This document shows, piece by piece, positions 60,845-64,000 of a stretch of 64,000 nucleotides of DNA. How positions within the stretch are numbered: position 1 is the stretch's first letter; each line of letters starts with the position of its first letter. The notes under the pieces are model-generated. The model was not told the DNA's origin, did no database searches, and saw nothing but the letters and a program-made list of their open reading frames with translations. The translations under genes were made by a program, and so were the position numbers. The stretch is from an uncultured Flavobacteriaceae bacterium (GTDB taxonomy: Bacteria > Bacteroidota > Bacteroidia > Flavobacteriales > Flavobacteriaceae), in assembly GCA_963974245.1 (NCBI GenBank), contig CAXBBY010000014.1, positions 5,881 through 69,880 on the forward strand, in the 5' to 3' direction.

Positions 60845-61423
60845 ATGTTAAAAGAAAAATTATTGAACTACAATATTATATTAGCTTCAAAATCACCAAG
60901 AAGACAACAGTTTTTAAAAGACTTGGAGTTGCCATTTACGGTTCAATTAAAAGAGATTGAAGAAATTTATCCAACAGAATTGCAAGGAACAGAAATTACC
61001 GATTATTTGGCTGATTTAAAATCGAAACCTTTTATCAACTTAAAAGAAAATGATCTTTTAATTACTTCAGATACTATTGTTTGGCTAGATCAAAAAGCTT
61101 TAGGAAAACCGAAAGATAAAAATGATGCTATTCGGATTTTACAAAAAATATCTGGTAAAATGCATCAGGTAATTACATCAGTGAGCCTTAAAGGAGCAAG
61201 TTTTCAGAAAATTTTTAATGACACAACCAATGTATATTTCAAAAAATTAACCATTGATGAAATCACTTATTATGTTGAAAACAACAAACCGTATGACAAA
61301 GCTGGAAGCTATGGCATTCAAGAATGGATTGGTTTTATTGGTATAGAAAAAATTGAAGGTAGTTATTTTAATGTAATGGGATTACCTGTTCAAAAGTTAT
61401 ATAAAGAATTGATGAAATTGTAA
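60845..61423 (+). CDS. maf: Maf-family nucleotide pyrophosphatase
   Basis: ILASKSPRR, ITSDTIV, GKPKD, DKAGSYGIQ, NVMGLP. Confidence 0.92.
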   Translation: MLKEKLLNYNIILASKSPRRQQFLKDLELPFTVQLKEIEEIYPTELQGTEITDYLADLKSKPFINLKENDLLITSDTIVWLDQKALGKPKDKNDAIRILQKISGKMHQVITSVSLKGASFQKIFNDTTNVYFKKLTIDEITYYVENNKPYDKAGSYGIQEWIGFIGIEKIEGSYFNVMGLPVQKLYKELMKL

Positions 61424-61477
61424 GCAATTGCTATGTAATTATTATTATTTTTGCTTAAACACAACACCTATATTTTA

Positions 61478-62437
61478 ATGAAAAAATACACTTTTACAGA
61501 AAAAAAAGATACCAGATCTGGATTTGGTGATGGTTTAACAGAATTAGGAAGAACAAACCCTAACGTAGTTGCATTATGTGCCGATTTAATTGGTTCTTTA
61601 AAAATGAATCAGTTTATTAAAGAAAACCCTAAACGATTTTTCCAAATCGGAATTGCAGAAGCAAATATGATGGGAATTGCTGCGGGATTAACAATTGGAG
61701 GTAAAATTCCTTTTACTGGAACATTTGCTAACTTTTCTACAGGAAGAGTGTATGATCAAATTCGCCAATCTATTGCTTATTCTGACAAAAATGTAAAGAT
61801 TTGTGCTTCACACGCAGGATTAACTTTGGGAGAAGACGGTGCAACACATCAAATTTTAGAAGATATTGGATTGATGAAAATGTTGCCAGGAATGACGGTA
61901 ATCAACACATGTGATTACAATCAAACCAAAGCCGCAACTATTGCAATTGCAGAACATGAAGGTCCCGTTTATTTACGTTTTGGAAGGCCAGTTGTTCCTA
62001 TTTTTATGCCCGATTATAAAGATGAAAAATTTGTAATTGGTAAAGCAATTCAGTTAACAGAAGGTACAGATGTAACCATTGTTGCAACAGGTCATTTAGT
62101 TTGGGAAGCTTTGCAAGCATCAGAACAATTAGAAGCAAAAGGAATTAGCGCTGAAGTAATAAACATACATACTATTAAACCATTGGATGAAGAAACAATT
62201 CTAAAATCTGTTGCAAAAACAGGTTGTATTGTTACTGCAGAAGAGCATAATAAATTTGGAGGATTAGGAGAAAGTGTTGCAAGATGTTTAGCAACTAACA
62301 ATCCTACTCCTCAAGAATTTGTTGCTGTAAACGATAGTTTTGGAGAATCTGGAACACCAGCACAATTAATGGAGAAATATGGTTTAACAGACAAATCTAT
62401 TGTTGATGCTGTAGAAAAAGTGATTGCTAGAAAATAA
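61478..62437 (+). CDS. Transketolase, pyrimidine-binding/C-terminal subunit
   Basis: GIAEANM, GEDGATHQ, YLRFGR, AEEH, FGESG. The -7 box TATTTTTG at 61446-61453 supports start MKKYTF. Confidence 0.9.
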   Translation: MKKYTFTEKKDTRSGFGDGLTELGRTNPNVVALCADLIGSLKMNQFIKENPKRFFQIGIAEANMMGIAAGLTIGGKIPFTGTFANFSTGRVYDQIRQSIAYSDKNVKICASHAGLTLGEDGATHQILEDIGLMKMLPGMTVINTCDYNQTKAATIAIAEHEGPVYLRFGRPVVPIFMPDYKDEKFVIGKAIQLTEGTDVTIVATGHLVWEALQASEQLEAKGISAEVINIHTIKPLDEETILKSVAKTGCIVTAEEHNKFGGLGESVARCLATNNPTPQEFVAVNDSFGESGTPAQLMEKYGLTDKSIVDAVEKVIARK

Positions 62438-62476
62438 CCTTTTATCATTTTTACGCGTCTATATAAAAAATAAATC

Positions 62477-62509
62477 AACCTCCAGTAATTTTTTTAATTA
62501 TTGGAGGTT
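62477..62509 (+). terminator. Probable terminator hairpin
   Basis: AACCTCCAGTAATT...AATTATTGGAGGTT. Confidence 0.55.
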
Positions 62510-62511
62510 CT

Positions 62512-62548
62512 ATATAATAACTAAAACAATATAATAACTAAAACAATA
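62512..62548 (+). repeat. 17-bp tandem duplication upstream of the OMP gene
   Basis: ATATAATAACTAAAACA x2 plus ATA. Confidence 0.7.
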
Positions 62549-62559
62549 AAATTTAATTT

Positions 62560-63162
62560 ATGAAAAAAGTACTTTTAATGATGTGTTTGGCCTTCGGATT
62601 GAGTCAAACTGCAAATGCACAACTTCAATTTGGTGTTAAAGCAGGAATTAACTATAATAACAATGGAAACTTAACGCTTTCTGGTGTTGTAAACAATGCT
62701 GTTGAAGGTGCAGGTGCTAAATCAGGTTTTCATGTTGGAATGTGGTTTAGAGGGAAATTACCAATTGTTGGTATTTACATTAGACCTGAGGTTATTTTTA
62801 CACAAGTAAAAAGTGAATATCTGTATAAAGCAAGTAACACTTCTTATGACTTTAAGAAAATAGATGTTCCTGTTTTAGTTGGAACTAAACTATTTGGTGT
62901 AGCAAATGTCTTTATTGGGCCGTCATTTCAATATGTGTTAAATTCAGATTTTGGATTAAGTACAGTAAGCGAAGTTAGTTTAGATAAATTTTCTGTTGGA
63001 ATGCAAACAGGTTTTGGTATTGAATTTGGTAAACTAGGAGTTGATGTTCGTTGGGAAAGAGGTTTAAGTTCTACAGAAGCTGTCTTTGTTGATAATACAA
63101 CAAGTATTAATATAGACAACAGAACAAATCAAATTATATTAGGTTTATCTTATCGATTATAA
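62560..63162 (+). CDS. Outer-membrane beta-barrel (porin/PorT-like) protein
   Basis: Signal peptide, FGVKAGINY, IRPEV, alternating beta strands, C-terminal LGLSYRL. Confidence 0.8.
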   Translation: MKKVLLMMCLAFGLSQTANAQLQFGVKAGINYNNNGNLTLSGVVNNAVEGAGAKSGFHVGMWFRGKLPIVGIYIRPEVIFTQVKSEYLYKASNTSYDFKKIDVPVLVGTKLFGVANVFIGPSFQYVLNSDFGLSTVSEVSLDKFSVGMQTGFGIEFGKLGVDVRWERGLSSTEAVFVDNTTSINIDNRTNQIILGLSYRL

Positions 63163-63177
63163 ATAAATTAAAAGCAT

Positions 63178-63210
63178 AAAAAAAGCTCCAGAATTTCTGG
63201 AGCTTTTTTT
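63178..63210. terminator. Bidirectional intrinsic terminator
   Basis: AAAAAAAGCTCCAGAA-T-TTCTGGAGCTTTTTTT. Confidence 0.88.
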
Positions 63211-63216
63211 ATGCTT

Positions 63217-63999
63217 TTAATTTTTAACTTTAATATTCGGATTCAAATAATCTGGTATTGTAGGATTACTTGGATCACTAAAATCATTTCTTGGATCACC
63301 ATCTTTATTTGCATCTTCTCTTTTGGTTGGTACACCATCATTATCATCATCTGCATCTTTATAATTAGCTATCAAATCTCCGTCAGAATCAACTTGAGTA
63401 GGATCAGATTCTACTGTAGCATCAACAATTTCTAAATACGAAGCCAAACCATCATTATCGTGATCTGTATTTTCTACTAAATCTAATAACTCTATTTTAA
63501 AAATTAAACAACTATTTGGAAAAATAGTACCCGTGCTTCTATTTTTATATGCTAATCCTGAAGGGATAAATAAAAATCCTTTCCCAGTATCTTGATAAGT
63601 TATAGGACCATTTGTAGTAATGTTTTTTCCACCTTTAAAATGAGTAAAACCATAAGACCACCCTTTAATAACAGCGTCTAAGGAAAACCAAGTAGCTGAT
63701 CTTTGTACTTCAAAAAGCGTAGCAAAAGTAGTTGTTATTATTTGTGAGCCTTCATATTTTGTTAAAACTGAATCCATAACAGTAGGATTTCCTTTTACCG
63801 GATTTGGAACCCCTTGTTTTACAATATAATAATACAATTTATAATCTATATTATTATAATTAACATCTTGTGTTATTAAGTTTGCATCTGCTATTAGAGC
63901 AGTTTTACCAGTTGAAATTGGCTTAATAGAATCTAAAGCAACATCATAATAATGATTCGAAAAATATTTTATTAAGGTATCATTATCTATTATTGCCTG
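63217..63999 (-). CDS. FKBP-type peptidyl-prolyl isomerase with acidic Ca-binding tail, 5'-truncated by window edge
   Basis: Frame is open to the window edge; VIKGWSYG, FIPSGLAY, LIFKIEL; DHDNDG/DSDGD/DDDNDG repeats. Confidence 0.82.
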   Translation of the reverse strand, partial: QAIIDNDTLIKYFSNHYYDVALDSIKPISTGKTALIADANLITQDVNYNNIDYKLYYYIVKQGVPNPVKGNPTVMDSVLTKYEGSQIITTTFATLFEVQRSATWFSLDAVIKGWSYGFTHFKGGKNITTNGPITYQDTGKGFLFIPSGLAYKNRSTGTIFPNSCLIFKIELLDLVENTDHDNDGLASYLEIVDATVESDPTQVDSDGDLIANYKDADDDNDGVPTKREDANKDGDPRNDFSDPSNPTIPDYLNPNIKVKN

Positions 64000-64000
64000 A

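Noticed and set aside
26429-61477. Longest-ORF starts at 26429, 54487, 59391, 59427 and 61451
   Set aside because: Downstream ATGs fit signal peptides, family N-termini or promoter positions better.
62512-62548. 17-bp tandem duplication as a regulatory switch
   Set aside because: Only two AT-rich copies; most simply a slippage duplication, with no supporting evidence.
1048-63435. Numerous 60-150 aa ORFs antisense to or overlapping long genes (e.g. 1048-1329, 41421-41753, 53913-54245, 59057-59491)
   Set aside because: Shadow frames of well-supported CDSs with no recognisable motifs.

Overview
AT-rich, gene-dense chromosomal window from a marine Flavobacteriaceae (Polaribacter/Tenacibaculum-like), judged from Bacteroidetes TAnnTTTG promoter boxes, a fused E1 alpha/beta dehydrogenase, DUF4252 and many lipoproteins. 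It is mostly housekeeping (xdhB-like, pepT, lysA, topB, gcvT, rmuC, glyA, fahA, clpB, smpB, maf, transketolase C-half). Accessory or poorly understood modules: (1) an ArsR-merTP-merA mercury module whose operator palindrome is centred on the -33 box; (2) a ThDP enzyme plus ALDH pair resembling a 2-oxoglutarate decarboxylase/succinic semialdehyde dehydrogenase shunt; (3) a TetR-controlled carbonyl/quinone detox operon; (4) an ECF sigma/anti-sigma/2xDUF4252 operon; (5) a CBS-fused GCS2-type ligase coupled to an aspartoacylase-like hydrolase; (6) a type I R-M operon (hsdM-hsdS-orf-hsdR) whose inserted ORF carries an AGOG/HhH-GPD-like QK-x6-K...PVD motif, a candidate anti-phage DNA glycosylase. 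REP-like palindromic elements occur at about 14 sites between 35.7 and 58.6 kb. Five of them lie in frame inside topB, hsdS and hsdM, and two of those are gaplessly alignable 72-bp copies. No rRNA, tRNA, CRISPR array or transposase was seen. All family calls come from motif recognition by eye, with no database searches.
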